Source of the DNA: a virus
Taxonomy: Duplodnaviria > Caudoviricetes
Direction: 5' to 3' (one strand)
Virus record (IMG/VR): IMGVR_UViG_3300029822_000011
Span: 1-61,783 of that record
Length of the DNA stretch: 61,783 nucleotides
Shown here piece after piece: positions 16,459 through 25,951 of the stretch. Under the pieces are notes generated by a model, which was not told where the DNA came from, did not search any database, and was given only the letters and a program-made list of their open reading frames with translations. Numbering within the stretch: the first letter of the stretch is position 1; each line of letters starts with the position of its first letter. The translations under genes were made by a program, and so were the position numbers.

Positions 16459-16774
16459 GCGCCCCCGCTACCGCGTTCACACAGAGGTCGGCCGCGGCTT
16501 CATCGTCGTCACGGTGCAGCGGTGGGTCATCTACCTCGAGGACAAGGGCTTCTGGCAGACTGAGCTGGACCCCGGGCCGGGCCTCAACATCAGAAACCGC
16601 TGTGAGTGGGAGGTCAGGCCTCCCGGCTGGCTGGCCCGGCGCTTTGGCGACACCTTCGCCAAGCGAACCAAGCGGGCGCGGGCGCAGGCGCGGCAGTGGA
16701 TCGCCAACGCCGACGCGGCGTGGGACCGGGCAGAGAATGCCCTTGCCGACTCTGAGGACGGTGAGGGAGCGTGA
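16451..16774 (+). CDS. Hypothetical protein
   Basis: Translationally coupled on both sides. Confidence 0.6.
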   Translation: MSERPRYRVHTEVGRGFIVVTVQRWVIYLEDKGFWQTELDPGPGLNIRNRCEWEVRPPGWLARRFGDTFAKRTKRARAQARQWIANADAAWDRAENALADSEDGEGA

Positions 16775-17025
16775 CACCGCACGACGCACCGCAGGAGGGA
16801 CCCGGCCGCCTGGCCTGCCTCTGGCCGCTGGCGGTGGGATGGTTCCTTGGTGCCCGCGCGCAGATGCTGGGCCAGTCGACCCCGGAACTCGCGGAGGCCA
16901 CAGAGAAGGCGAGCGACGCACTCTTCGCTGAGTTGGAGGCCGATCCGACACGGCATCCGGTAGACCTACTCGTTGCTGATTGGTTCGCGGAGGACCTGGA
17001 TCGCCGGCGAACCGCCGCGAAGTAG
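16771..17025 (+). CDS. Hypothetical protein
   Basis: GTGA overlap, followed by terminator hairpin. Confidence 0.55.
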   Translation: MTPHDAPQEGPGRLACLWPLAVGWFLGARAQMLGQSTPELAEATEKASDALFAELEADPTRHPVDLLVADWFAEDLDRRRTAAK

Positions 17026-17053
17026 CACCCGCCCCACCTGAGCGCACAACCGA

Positions 17054-17094
17054 CGAAAGCCCCCGGCTTCCCTCATCAGGGCCGGGGGCTTTCG
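17054..17094. terminator. Intrinsic terminator-like hairpin
   Basis: CGAAAGCCCCCGGC/GCCGGGGGCTTTCG 14-bp stem between ORF and portal. Confidence 0.7.
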
Positions 17095-17130
17095 CATGTA
17101 CGCCCCACCCCACGAGCGAGGGAGAGACCG

Positions 17131-19179
17131 ATGGCACAGAACCCGACGAACAAGGCCTCCTCGCCCGACGGCGCCCCCGTCTTCGAGGACCCGAGGCTGC
17201 GCAAAGGCTTCGCCACCCCCAACATGCCCGCAGGCATCCCCCATCGGCGCATCGACGCGATGGCGAACGCCGGGGCCTACCGGGGCATCCGCGACCCGCG
17301 CGCCGCCACCAACGTCACCTACGACATCCTGCACCTGATGTCGCGCCACTCCATGGTGCGGGCGGTGCTGCTGCACGTCATTAAGATCGTCCGCCGCTAC
17401 GCCCGCACCCCCCGCCGGCGCGGTGACTACGGCTTCCGCATCGAGCTGCGCGACCCCGAAGCCCGCATGACCGCCGAACAGCGCGACGAAGCTCTGCTGC
17501 TCACGGAGTTCATCGAGAGGGGCGGCTGGGACTACATCCGCACCGTCGACGGCCAGGTCGCCCGCTGGGACGGCTTCGGCGAGGAGCGGGCGCTCCCGTT
17601 CCCGCAGTTCATGGGGATCCTCACAGAGGATAGCTTGATCTTCGACGGGGCCGCCGTGCGCAAAGAGTTCCCGCGCGACGTCGACCAGCACCCCGTCTAC
17701 CAGCAGTTCCCGAAGGCCCGCGAGTATGGCTCCCCGTTCCCGCCGGTGTGGTTCGCGCCGGTGAGCGGGCGGCGCATCCGCCGGGCCGAACAGACCTACC
17801 GCAACCGCGACGAGGTGGAGGAGGCTGCAGGGGGGGCCGTTGTCCCGCGCGATACCGACGGCGGCTATCAGGCCGAGATCCGCCCCGAGCTTGAGAACCA
17901 CGTCGCCTACGTGCAGCTCTCCGAGCGCAACGAGATCGCCCGCGAATTCGCCTGGAACGAGCTCGGCTACTTTGTGCGCAACCTCGACCCGGATACCTGG
18001 ACCGACGGCTACGGCCGCTCTGAGCTTGAGTATGCCGTGGAGATCGTCACGGGGCTGTCATCGGGCGTAACCTTCAACGTGGAGTACTTCACCCACGACC
18101 ACCGCCCCGAGGGCATCCTCAACCTCTCCGGCGAGTGGAGCGAGGAGTACGTCAAGCAGTTCCAGGAGGACCTCGTGACGGAGGTCGGGGGGCCGGGCAA
18201 CTATCACCGGCTGCCCGTGCTGTGGTCGCCGGACCCCGACGCCAAGGCGCTGTTTCTCGCCACCCGCGGCGACACCCGTCTCGACATGTACTGGGAGAAG
18301 TGGATCTCGTGGGTGGTCTGCGCGCTGTGCGCGCTGATCGGCGTCCCCCCGGAGGCCATAAACTTCGCGTCCTTCAAGGGCGGCGCCGGTAGTGCCCTGA
18401 ACGAAGCCGACCCCTCGACGCGGCTGCTCTACGGCGATGACGTGACGGTCGTGCCGTTCATGCTCGCCATCGAGAGCTTCATCAACGAGCAGCTCATCTG
18501 GCCGATCGACAACCGCTACTGCTTCAGGTGGGCGAACCTGCGCGAGCGCGACGAGGAGAAGCAGTTCGGCCTCGTGGAGCGCAAGCTGATGGCCGGCTAC
18601 TACACGGTCAACGAGGCGCGCACAGAGCTCGGCGAGCCCGAGATCCAGTGGCCGCTTGATCGCCACCTGTGGCGGATGATCGAGCAGAAGGTGCAGCGCA
18701 AGTGGGAGGCGCTGCGCGACGACACCGCAGAGCGCGAGCGTATCACCGCGCAAATCTACGAGCACCTCGATGGCGAGTACGCACTGTGGCCGGACGCCCC
18801 GGGCAACGTGACGGCGCTGATCGCTCAGCAGGAGATCGGCGGGCTGCTCGGCGGCGGCGAGATGGGCATGGAGGAGATGATGGGATTGGGGCCGGGGGCC
18901 TTCGGCGCTCCGGGCAGCGGCGACGAGGGAATGGACCCGACAGGTGGCGGCGTCTTCCCCGGCCCCGATGGTTACGCAGAGGAGGGGGAGGGCGAGGATG
19001 ACCCCGACGCCATCCTGCAGCACTTCCTGCCGCCGACGGAGGATATGGCGAAGTCGGTCGCGGCCGACCTGGCACAGGCGCGGTCGCGGCTGAGCAGCTG
19101 GCAGCGGGCGCTTGGCGGCAACGTCGATGCGGACATCGAAGCGGCGATTGACGCCGTGCTGGGGGCTGATGAGCGATGA
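17131..19179 (+). CDS. Portal protein
   Basis: GYGRSELE, YFT...PEGIL, DMYWEKW, CALIGVPPEAI, TVNEAR..LG motifs; follows terminase. Confidence 0.88.
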   Translation: MAQNPTNKASSPDGAPVFEDPRLRKGFATPNMPAGIPHRRIDAMANAGAYRGIRDPRAATNVTYDILHLMSRHSMVRAVLLHVIKIVRRYARTPRRRGDYGFRIELRDPEARMTAEQRDEALLLTEFIERGGWDYIRTVDGQVARWDGFGEERALPFPQFMGILTEDSLIFDGAAVRKEFPRDVDQHPVYQQFPKAREYGSPFPPVWFAPVSGRRIRRAEQTYRNRDEVEEAAGGAVVPRDTDGGYQAEIRPELENHVAYVQLSERNEIAREFAWNELGYFVRNLDPDTWTDGYGRSELEYAVEIVTGLSSGVTFNVEYFTHDHRPEGILNLSGEWSEEYVKQFQEDLVTEVGGPGNYHRLPVLWSPDPDAKALFLATRGDTRLDMYWEKWISWVVCALCALIGVPPEAINFASFKGGAGSALNEADPSTRLLYGDDVTVVPFMLAIESFINEQLIWPIDNRYCFRWANLRERDEEKQFGLVERKLMAGYYTVNEARTELGEPEIQWPLDRHLWRMIEQKVQRKWEALRDDTAERERITAQIYEHLDGEYALWPDAPGNVTALIAQQEIGGLLGGGEMGMEEMMGLGPGAFGAPGSGDEGMDPTGGGVFPGPDGYAEEGEGEDDPDAILQHFLPPTEDMAKSVAADLAQARSRLSSWQRALGGNVDADIEAAIDAVLGADER

Positions 19180-19529
19180 GGACGGTGCGGCTTGGGTGCT
19201 TTATCGCGGCGGCGGTGTGTGGGGCGATTACCGTCGCCTGGGCGCAGGCGGAGGCGGGCGGACTGCTTGAAGCCTGCCGCGACAGCTCAACGGCGGTGAC
19301 GGCCATCGGCGGGGCGCTGCTGATGATCGCCGGGGCCGGGTTCGCGTGGAGCGACCTGCGCAACATGGTCAACAACAACGCGGAAGCCATAAAGCGCGAG
19401 TGCGACGCCCGCCGGGAGCTTGAGGGGCGCGTGGTCAAACTCGACGAGCGCACGGACAAGCTCGAGGCGCGCGGGGCCGCGCAACATCAGGAGATACTCG
19501 ATGCCATCCGCGGTATCCGGCGGGAGTGA
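19176..19529 (+). CDS. Membrane protein with C-terminal coiled coil (holin-like)
   Basis: Two hydrophobic segments then charged heptad region. Confidence 0.45.
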   Translation: MRTVRLGCFIAAAVCGAITVAWAQAEAGGLLEACRDSSTAVTAIGGALLMIAGAGFAWSDLRNMVNNNAEAIKRECDARRELEGRVVKLDERTDKLEARGAAQHQEILDAIRGIRRE

Positions 19530-19535
19530 CGGAGA

Positions 19536-20555
19536 ATGTTCGACGCCCTGCGCAAAGGTGCCGATGAGGTGATGCTCCGGGTCGCCGCCGCGCGCAAGTC
19601 GCTCGTCAAGCGCGTGGCCGTGGCCGTCGGCGAGGACCGGATGGGCGAGGAGGCCCTGAAGGCGCGGGCGGCGAGCCTGCGCATGAAGGCCGACCTGCAG
19701 GCGCAGATGGTAGGGGCGTTCACGGCGTACGACGCCACGGTGCGCTACGCCCGCCGGCGGCTCGTGACCGAGACGAATGACGAGGTGCGGCGGGCGCTGC
19801 TTGAGGATCTCGAGGAGGTCCGGGCGCGGACAGAGCGCGGCTTACAGGCATCCATCCGCGTCGCCTACCGCGAGCAGTTCCGGCTCGGGAAGCGCTACGG
19901 CTGGAACTGGTCTGACCTCGACGCGGCGGAGGAGAAGTTCGTCGAACGGCTCCGGCGCGATGAGTACGTCTTCGTGCGACGCTTCCTCGACGATATCGGG
20001 GCCCGGCGGGTGCGCATGTCGATCGAGCAGCGCGCGGCCCTCTACGGCAACGCCGGCGAGGAGGCCTTCTGGCACGGCTACTTGTACGCGGACCAGTCGT
20101 CCGGGCGGTATCTGAGGTGGCGCACGCACGAGGCCGAACACTGCCCTGACTGCCTCTACCTCGCCGGCGAACTCCCCGACGAGGAGCTCGCCAAGTACGC
20201 CCCCGACAACCAGAACCCCGACCTGGCGCACGGCGGGCGCTGGGGCAACGGGACCTATGAGGTGCAGGAGCTGACCCGGCTCGGCATCGTGCCGCAGTCG
20301 GGGGAACTGCGCTGCACGACGAACTGCAAGTGCCACCTCGAGGAGTGCGAGCGGCCGGCAACGGCCCCCGAGGGGAATGTGCAGCGGGTGCCGTTCGTCT
20401 CGCTCGCGCCGAAGCCCGTGGAGGAGCCCTACGCGAGCAAGCGCAGTGGCAAGCGCACGAAGCGGGTGCAACGCTCGGGCAAGGTCGAACGTGGTCGCGG
20501 CGGCCTGGTGAAGGCGCTGACAGAGGCGATCTGGCGGGACCTGTTCCGGGGATGA
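19536..20555 (+). CDS. Head morphogenesis protein (MuF/SPP1 gp7-like)
   Basis: W...EHCPDC and C..NCKC motifs; downstream of portal. Confidence 0.7.
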   Translation: MFDALRKGADEVMLRVAAARKSLVKRVAVAVGEDRMGEEALKARAASLRMKADLQAQMVGAFTAYDATVRYARRRLVTETNDEVRRALLEDLEEVRARTERGLQASIRVAYREQFRLGKRYGWNWSDLDAAEEKFVERLRRDEYVFVRRFLDDIGARRVRMSIEQRAALYGNAGEEAFWHGYLYADQSSGRYLRWRTHEAEHCPDCLYLAGELPDEELAKYAPDNQNPDLAHGGRWGNGTYEVQELTRLGIVPQSGELRCTTNCKCHLEECERPATAPEGNVQRVPFVSLAPKPVEEPYASKRSGKRTKRVQRSGKVERGRGGLVKALTEAIWRDLFRG

Positions 20556-20577
20556 CGGCTCAGCGAGGAGGTGCGCG

Positions 20578-22341
20578 ATGGTCATAGAGGGCTTCGGTTC
20601 GAGCGTAACCGGGGGCACCGGCGGCACCACCTACACCGTTACCTCGCTTGAGTGGGATGCGGAGGTAGAGGGCACCCTGCCGTGGGCGCTTGCGCAGACC
20701 GGCCCGCGCATCATTGAGTTCGACGTAGCGGGCGTGATTGAGCCACCCTCGCGCTTCACGATCCCGAGCTATACCACCATCGACGGGAGCACCGCACCCT
20801 CTCCCGGAGTGTGCATCAAAGGGTGTGCGAACGTGGGTTCCTCCGATCCCGCCTCATGGGATAGCCATATCATCATCAGCCACATGCGCTTCCGCCCCGG
20901 CAGCGTCTCAGAGGGCGATCCGCTGACGCTCATGGGGCGCTATATCGTCATTGACCATTGCTCAATCTCGTGGGGCAATGACGAGAATATCGGCTTCAAA
21001 AACCTCTACTCCGACGGGGACCCCGCGCGCTACATCACCGTGCAGTGGTGCCTCCTCGCGTATGCGGAGAAGGGCTGTTTGGCCTCGCCAAGCGCGCACT
21101 GCACGACCTTCCACCACAACCTGTGGGCGCACCACTATCACAGGAACCCGGTAATCGCAGGCAGCGACTTCGCGCACGTCATCGACTGCGTTGGCAACAC
21201 CGTCTATGACTCAGGCGACTTCGGCGTCGGGCTCAAGGGCTACGTCAACGTCAACGCGGTCAACGATACATTGATCGTCCGCGAGGCCCGCCTGCACACC
21301 TTCTGCTATCAGGTGCAGGATAGCGATGATGCTGTTGCCGATCCGGACCACATCCAACTCTACCTCAGCGGCGTCAGCGGCCCCCGCACTCGCGGCGACT
21401 TCGGCGACGTAGAGGACGAGTGGAACGAGGTGCGCTATGGCTGGAACGTGGCCTCCGCCGACTACCGCTCCGCGACGCGCTTCGACGCCCCGGCAGTGAC
21501 CACCACCTCCGCCGAAGCCGATCACGCGGCGGTGCTCGCAGGCGCAGGTGCGACGCTCCCGGCGCGCGACAGTTACGACGCGCGCATGGTCACGGACGTG
21601 GAAACGCGCGCCAACCTCGGCACCTACCTCCAGGACCCCGCGCCGATCCGCGCGCTTGCGGCCACCGAGTGGGAGTCGCTCTCGTATGCCGATGAAGACG
21701 ATCCACCCGCCACCGTCAAGTACTTCGTCATGTTGGCGGCCGGCGGCCCTGCGCCACCTGTCGGCAAGGGCCCGCAGGACTACACAGAGTATACCGAGCT
21801 CGATGTGGTGCCGCCCGACTACATCACCGTGACCGAATCTGCGATCACAATGACCGACTGGATGGCGAACAACGTAGATGTGCTGGTGTACAAGGACTTC
21901 GGCGCAGGCCACTTCGCAGGCGATTTCGAGCATGAACTGGACTTCACCGCCTGGCGGCAGGATACCGGCTCATTCATGGGCGTGTGGTGCCTCGCCAACA
22001 CCGTGGATGACATCTACGGCCTCCAAACGGGCGCAGAGCCCGCGCTGATGGTGGCCTGCTGGGGCGGCATCCGCGTGTGGCTGATGACCGGCAACTCCTT
22101 AGCCTATCAGGAGATCACCGGCCTCTCGGTCAATGTGCCCTACTACCTGACGCTGAAGCGCGAAAGCGGCGTGTTCACCGTCGAGGTCTACAGCGATGCT
22201 GCGCGCACGGTGCTGGTCGGGAGCAAGTCGGTGGCCGACGCCAACGCCTACCGCTATCTGTATGCGTTCGCGTCGCGTAACAGCGGCCAGACAGGAGACA
22301 CCTGCTATGGCGAGGTGCGCAATCTCGATATTGTTTCATAG
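20578..22341 (+). CDS. Pectate lyase (PL1-like beta-helix) with C-terminal beta-sandwich
   Basis: EGFGSSVTGG, GTL..A...GPRII.FDVAGVI, IVIDHCSISWGNDE, TFHHNLWAH..RNP. Confidence 0.85.
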   Translation: MVIEGFGSSVTGGTGGTTYTVTSLEWDAEVEGTLPWALAQTGPRIIEFDVAGVIEPPSRFTIPSYTTIDGSTAPSPGVCIKGCANVGSSDPASWDSHIIISHMRFRPGSVSEGDPLTLMGRYIVIDHCSISWGNDENIGFKNLYSDGDPARYITVQWCLLAYAEKGCLASPSAHCTTFHHNLWAHHYHRNPVIAGSDFAHVIDCVGNTVYDSGDFGVGLKGYVNVNAVNDTLIVREARLHTFCYQVQDSDDAVADPDHIQLYLSGVSGPRTRGDFGDVEDEWNEVRYGWNVASADYRSATRFDAPAVTTTSAEADHAAVLAGAGATLPARDSYDARMVTDVETRANLGTYLQDPAPIRALAATEWESLSYADEDDPPATVKYFVMLAAGGPAPPVGKGPQDYTEYTELDVVPPDYITVTESAITMTDWMANNVDVLVYKDFGAGHFAGDFEHELDFTAWRQDTGSFMGVWCLANTVDDIYGLQTGAEPALMVACWGGIRVWLMTGNSLAYQEITGLSVNVPYYLTLKRESGVFTVEVYSDAARTVLVGSKSVADANAYRYLYAFASRNSGQTGDTCYGEVRNLDIVS

Positions 22342-22402
22342 CCTGCTGCTCGCACCGTAGCGGGGGCTCGCACACACAACCGACACACAGGAGGCTCCGC
22401 TG

Positions 22403-22668
22403 ATGCCCGCACTGAGTAAGGACGTGAAAGCCGAGGTGCAAGCGTTCGGCCTCGCCGTCGGCGATTTCGCCAATGACGTGGTGCGCTGGCGCGAGTTCGC
22501 CGCACTGAGAGGCGCGGCGATCATGGCGGGCCGGTGGTCAACGGCTACCTGGAGGGCTACAACATCACCCGCACCGAACTGCTGCAAATCAACGCGCTCG
22601 CGGACGCCCTCGCCGCGCTGGACACCGAACACGCGGCGGCACTGGCGACACTCAGGAGGCTGAGGTAG
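22403..22668 (+). pseudogene. Small helical protein with an apparent single-base frameshift at ~22527
   Basis: AGGAGG RBS; after ...GAAIMA the -1 frame reads GPVVNGYLEGYNITRTELLQINALADALAALDTEHAAALATLRRLR* ending 2 nt before the next ATG. Confidence 0.55.
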
Positions 22669-22670
22669 AG

Positions 22671-23156
22671 ATGGCGACGACGGCAGAGATACCTCTGAGG
22701 TATGCAGGCGGCGGCGCGTCACCGGCGGGTGTGGCCGCGAACGCGGCGGGCGTTCCCTACTGGACATTCAGCGATACTGTGGTGCAACAGATGCGGTTCG
22801 CAGGCGTGGTGCCGGACAACTACGCCTCGGGACTGGTGGCGACGCTCTTCTACTCGATGGCCTCCGCCACGAGCGGGAAGACGGATTGGGAAGTCTCGGT
22901 TATGTGCGTCTCGCCGGACGATGCGGCGGACGTGGACACCGACTCGTTTGACACCGTGAACGCGGCCAACGAGACTGTCCCCGGCACGGCGGGCTACATG
23001 AGCGCGCTGGCTATCACGCTCACGAACGCGGACAGTGTAGCAGCGGGCGACCTGCTGCTGCTCAAACTGGAGCGCGACGCCGACGACGCCACAAACGACA
23101 CCGCCACCGGCGACGCCGAAGTGCGCGCGGTCGTGCTGAGTTACACGACGAGCTAA
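22671..23156 (+). CDS. Putative virion structural protein (beta-sandwich-like)
   Basis: Ala/Thr/Asp-rich ORF within structural cluster. Confidence 0.6.
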   Translation: MATTAEIPLRYAGGGASPAGVAANAAGVPYWTFSDTVVQQMRFAGVVPDNYASGLVATLFYSMASATSGKTDWEVSVMCVSPDDAADVDTDSFDTVNAANETVPGTAGYMSALAITLTNADSVAAGDLLLLKLERDADDATNDTATGDAEVRAVVLSYTTS

Positions 23157-23173
23157 GCGGGGAGGTGAGGGCA

Positions 23174-24010
23174 ATGGCGGTCTCATTCGACGGAAGCGAC
23201 GACTACCTCGTGCTCTCGCGCATGTCCGATACCGAGGGGCAGGCGGGCCTCACTATCGGCGGGTGGTTCTACCTCGCCGCCGACCGCGACCACTGGTGCG
23301 TCTGCAAAGGCTCGGACGCGGGCGGTAACGGCGACCTCCTGTGGTGTGATGACGTATGCGGCGAAGGAGTGCAGGGGGACGGCAACACGGACACATGGGT
23401 CTTCAATACAGGCCCTGCATCTATGCCGGCAAATCGCGTCAACGGCACCACTGGTCTGCGCCAACTGAACACCTGGCAGCACGTCGTTGGCGTGATGAGC
23501 GGAGCCAGCCGCCTGCTCTATTTCAACGGGGCGCTGAATGCCTCACACAGTAGCGCGCCTGCTACGACCGTTTATGTGAATACCAACCTTTACCACGTCG
23601 GCGCCTGGCAGGCGGTCGGGAGTGGCCGACTCGGCGGCATGGCTGCGGATGTGTTCGTCTATCCTGCCGCACTCAGCGCCGCCCAGATCGCCACGATCTA
23701 CGCTTTGCGGCGCGTCCCGTGGAGCATCGTCGCGGGCTGCGAGTGCTACCTCCCGCTCATGGGGCCGACCGGGGCCGCCGTGGACACCGCGCACTGGGGT
23801 ACAAAGGACCTCAGCGGCAACGGGAACTCGGTCAGCAGCATCGCCTCCGCGCCGGTGTGGGCGGACGATCCGCTGCCGCCGCAGGCGTGGATAGATGGAT
23901 GGTTCGGCGGGGCGTGGGCGGGGGCGGTGGGGGGCGCAGGCCGCTACCCCGCAGCACACCGCACACACGTCTGGCGTAATGGGCCGATCACCTACGTAGG
24001 AGGAACCTGA
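23174..24010 (+). CDS. LamG/concanavalin-A-like lectin domain protein
   Basis: SFDGSDDY, LTIGGWF, WQHVVGV, LLYFNG, DVFVYPAALSAAQI. Confidence 0.85.
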   Translation: MAVSFDGSDDYLVLSRMSDTEGQAGLTIGGWFYLAADRDHWCVCKGSDAGGNGDLLWCDDVCGEGVQGDGNTDTWVFNTGPASMPANRVNGTTGLRQLNTWQHVVGVMSGASRLLYFNGALNASHSSAPATTVYVNTNLYHVGAWQAVGSGRLGGMAADVFVYPAALSAAQIATIYALRRVPWSIVAGCECYLPLMGPTGAAVDTAHWGTKDLSGNGNSVSSIASAPVWADDPLPPQAWIDGWFGGAWAGAVGGAGRYPAAHRTHVWRNGPITYVGGT

Positions 24011-24011
24011 T

Positions 24012-25925
24012 ATGGCCGTGGCATTTGCGCATGGCGTGCAGCAGCAGGTGGCGATAGCCTGTTATGAGGGTGCGACGCCCACCGCGCCTGCGGCCCCGAC
24101 GATAGAGGTGTCCGTGGACGGGGCGGCGTTCGCGGCTGCGGACAACGCGGCTGCCTACGATCCCGGCACCGCTCCCGATGGGTATGTCATAGAGGGCGCG
24201 TGCGTGTTTGTCACCCTGTCGGCTGCGGAGATGACGAGCGCGGTTGTCGTCGTGCGCGTGACGGACACCAACCTCACCGAGGCCCAGTATAGCAGCCCCT
24301 ACTATCCGGGAGGCCACTATACTGCGGCCCGTGGTGAGGCGCTGGATAACCTCGATGCGGCAGTAACCTCGCGGGCCGCCGCAGGCGCGCAGATGGACCT
24401 TGTTGACGCGCCGAACGCTACGGCAGTGACCGCAATCCAGTCGGGCCTTGCGCCTGCCAACGAGTATGACGTGGAGATGGCGCGGATAGATGACGCCGTA
24501 TCCTCCCGCGCGCAGGCCGGGGACGCCATGACCCTTACCGCTGCCTACGACGCGGCGAAGGCTGCCGCCCAAGCGGGGGAGGCGGCTGCGGCCATCGCCG
24601 CCTATGGTCCGCTGACGGCTGCGGACGTTGAACAGGCCCCCCCGAACATGAGCCTGCTTGACATCACCCCGCTTGGAGAGGTGAACGTGGGTGCGGTGGC
24701 GGGCACCGCGGTCACGGGGCCTGATGACCTCAAGGCGGATGTCTCGACCCTGAGCACCCTCACTGAGGCGCAGGTGCAGGCCCTTCTCGGCGCCCTCAAT
24801 GACCTCTCCACGGAGGACGTGAGCGCCCTGCTCGCGGCCCTGCAGCTCCACGGTGACGGCGCGTGGGTGACGGCCACGGGCTTCTCGACGCACTCGGCAG
24901 CGGACGTGACCTCAGCCGTGTGGGCGGCAGGCACCCGTACCCTCACGGGCTTCGGCACGCTGGTTGCGGACGTAGTAGCAGGGGTGTGGGCCGCTGCACA
25001 GAGGACGCTGACGGCCTTCGGCTTCACCGCCTCGGCAAACGTGACGCAGGTGGCTGGGGAGGCCGTTACCGGCGTCGAGGATTTCAAGGCCGACGTGAGC
25101 GGCCTGAGCACCCTCACTGAGGCGCAGGTGCAGGCCCTTCTCGGCGCCCTCAATGACCTCTCCACGGAGGACGTGAGCGCCCTGCTCGCGGCCCTGCAGC
25201 TCCACGGTGACGGCGCGTGGGTGACGGCCACGGGCTTCTCGACGCACTCGGCAGCGGACGTGACCGGCGGGCGCACGGTGGCAGCGGTGGAGGCGGCTCT
25301 GCGCGGGACAGGCGCAGAGAGCCTGACGACGCTTGCCACCGCCATCGACGAGATTGAGGCCGGCACCGCCGGCGGTGACGCCACGCTCGCGAAGCAGGAC
25401 GCTATCCTCGCGTCGCTGACGGCGCTCATGGGCGAGGGCTGGGAGGGCGAGACCGATACCCTCGTGGCACTCGCGCAGGCGCTTGCGGCGCTCCCGGCGG
25501 GCACGCTTGCGGCCATAGAGGCAGCCCACGGCACCGGGCCGTACGACGGCATCGGCACCCCGACGGCGCAGATTGTGAGCTCGCGCGTCGTGGAGGCGGG
25601 CGAGCAAATCACCTTCTACCGCGACAGCACCCCGCAGACCGTGACCATCCTGCGGGCCGCCGTCGACTTCTCCGAGTGGGACTGCTACTTCACGATCAAG
25701 CCGACCTCTGCCCTGGATGATGCCGACAATGCCGCCGCCGTCTGCACCGTGGAGGGCGATGGCTACCCCGGCGTCGTGCGCTTCGCGGTAACGGCGAGCC
25801 ACGTCGCCGCACTCGAGCGCGACCGGGCGTATCACTTCTCCGCTGAGCGCAAGCGCGGCGAGGAGTACCAGCTCGACCTGATGGGGACCTGCAAACTCGT
25901 CTGGAACGTCCGCCGCGACGTGTGA
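24012..25925 (+). CDS. Ala-rich fibre-like virion protein with internal duplication
   Basis: LDAAVTSR, ATGFSTHSAADV, VWAA..RTLT repeats seen in phage fibre-like proteins. Confidence 0.7.
   Translation: MAVAFAHGVQQQVAIACYEGATPTAPAAPTIEVSVDGAAFAAADNAAAYDPGTAPDGYVIEGACVFVTLSAAEMTSAVVVVRVTDTNLTEAQYSSPYYPGGHYTAARGEALDNLDAAVTSRAAAGAQMDLVDAPNATAVTAIQSGLAPANEYDVEMARIDDAVSSRAQAGDAMTLTAAYDAAKAAAQAGEAAAAIAAYGPLTAADVEQAPPNMSLLDITPLGEVNVGAVAGTAVTGPDDLKADVSTLSTLTEAQVQALLGALNDLSTEDVSALLAALQLHGDGAWVTATGFSTHSAADVTSAVWAAGTRTLTGFGTLVADVVAGVWAAAQRTLTAFGFTASANVTQVAGEAVTGVEDFKADVSGLSTLTEAQVQALLGALNDLSTEDVSALLAALQLHGDGAWVTATGFSTHSAADVTGGRTVAAVEAALRGTGAESLTTLATAIDEIEAGTAGGDATLAKQDAILASLTALMGEGWEGETDTLVALAQALAALPAGTLAAIEAAHGTGPYDGIGTPTAQIVSSRVVEAGEQITFYRDSTPQTVTILRAAVDFSEWDCYFTIKPTSALDDADNAAAVCTVEGDGYPGVVRFAVTASHVAALERDRAYHFSAERKRGEEYQLDLMGTCKLVWNVRRDV
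24749..25265. repeat. Exact 163-bp direct repeat (24749-24911 and 25103-25265)
   Basis: Identical by eye; 354-bp period, in frame. Confidence 0.9.
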
Positions 25926-25951
25926 GGCACATTGCCGAGGAGGGACACCCG

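Noticed and set aside
24749-25265. Diversity-generating retroelement TR/VR pair
   Set aside because: Copies are identical with no adenine-specific differences, both lie in one ORF, and no reverse transcriptase is present.
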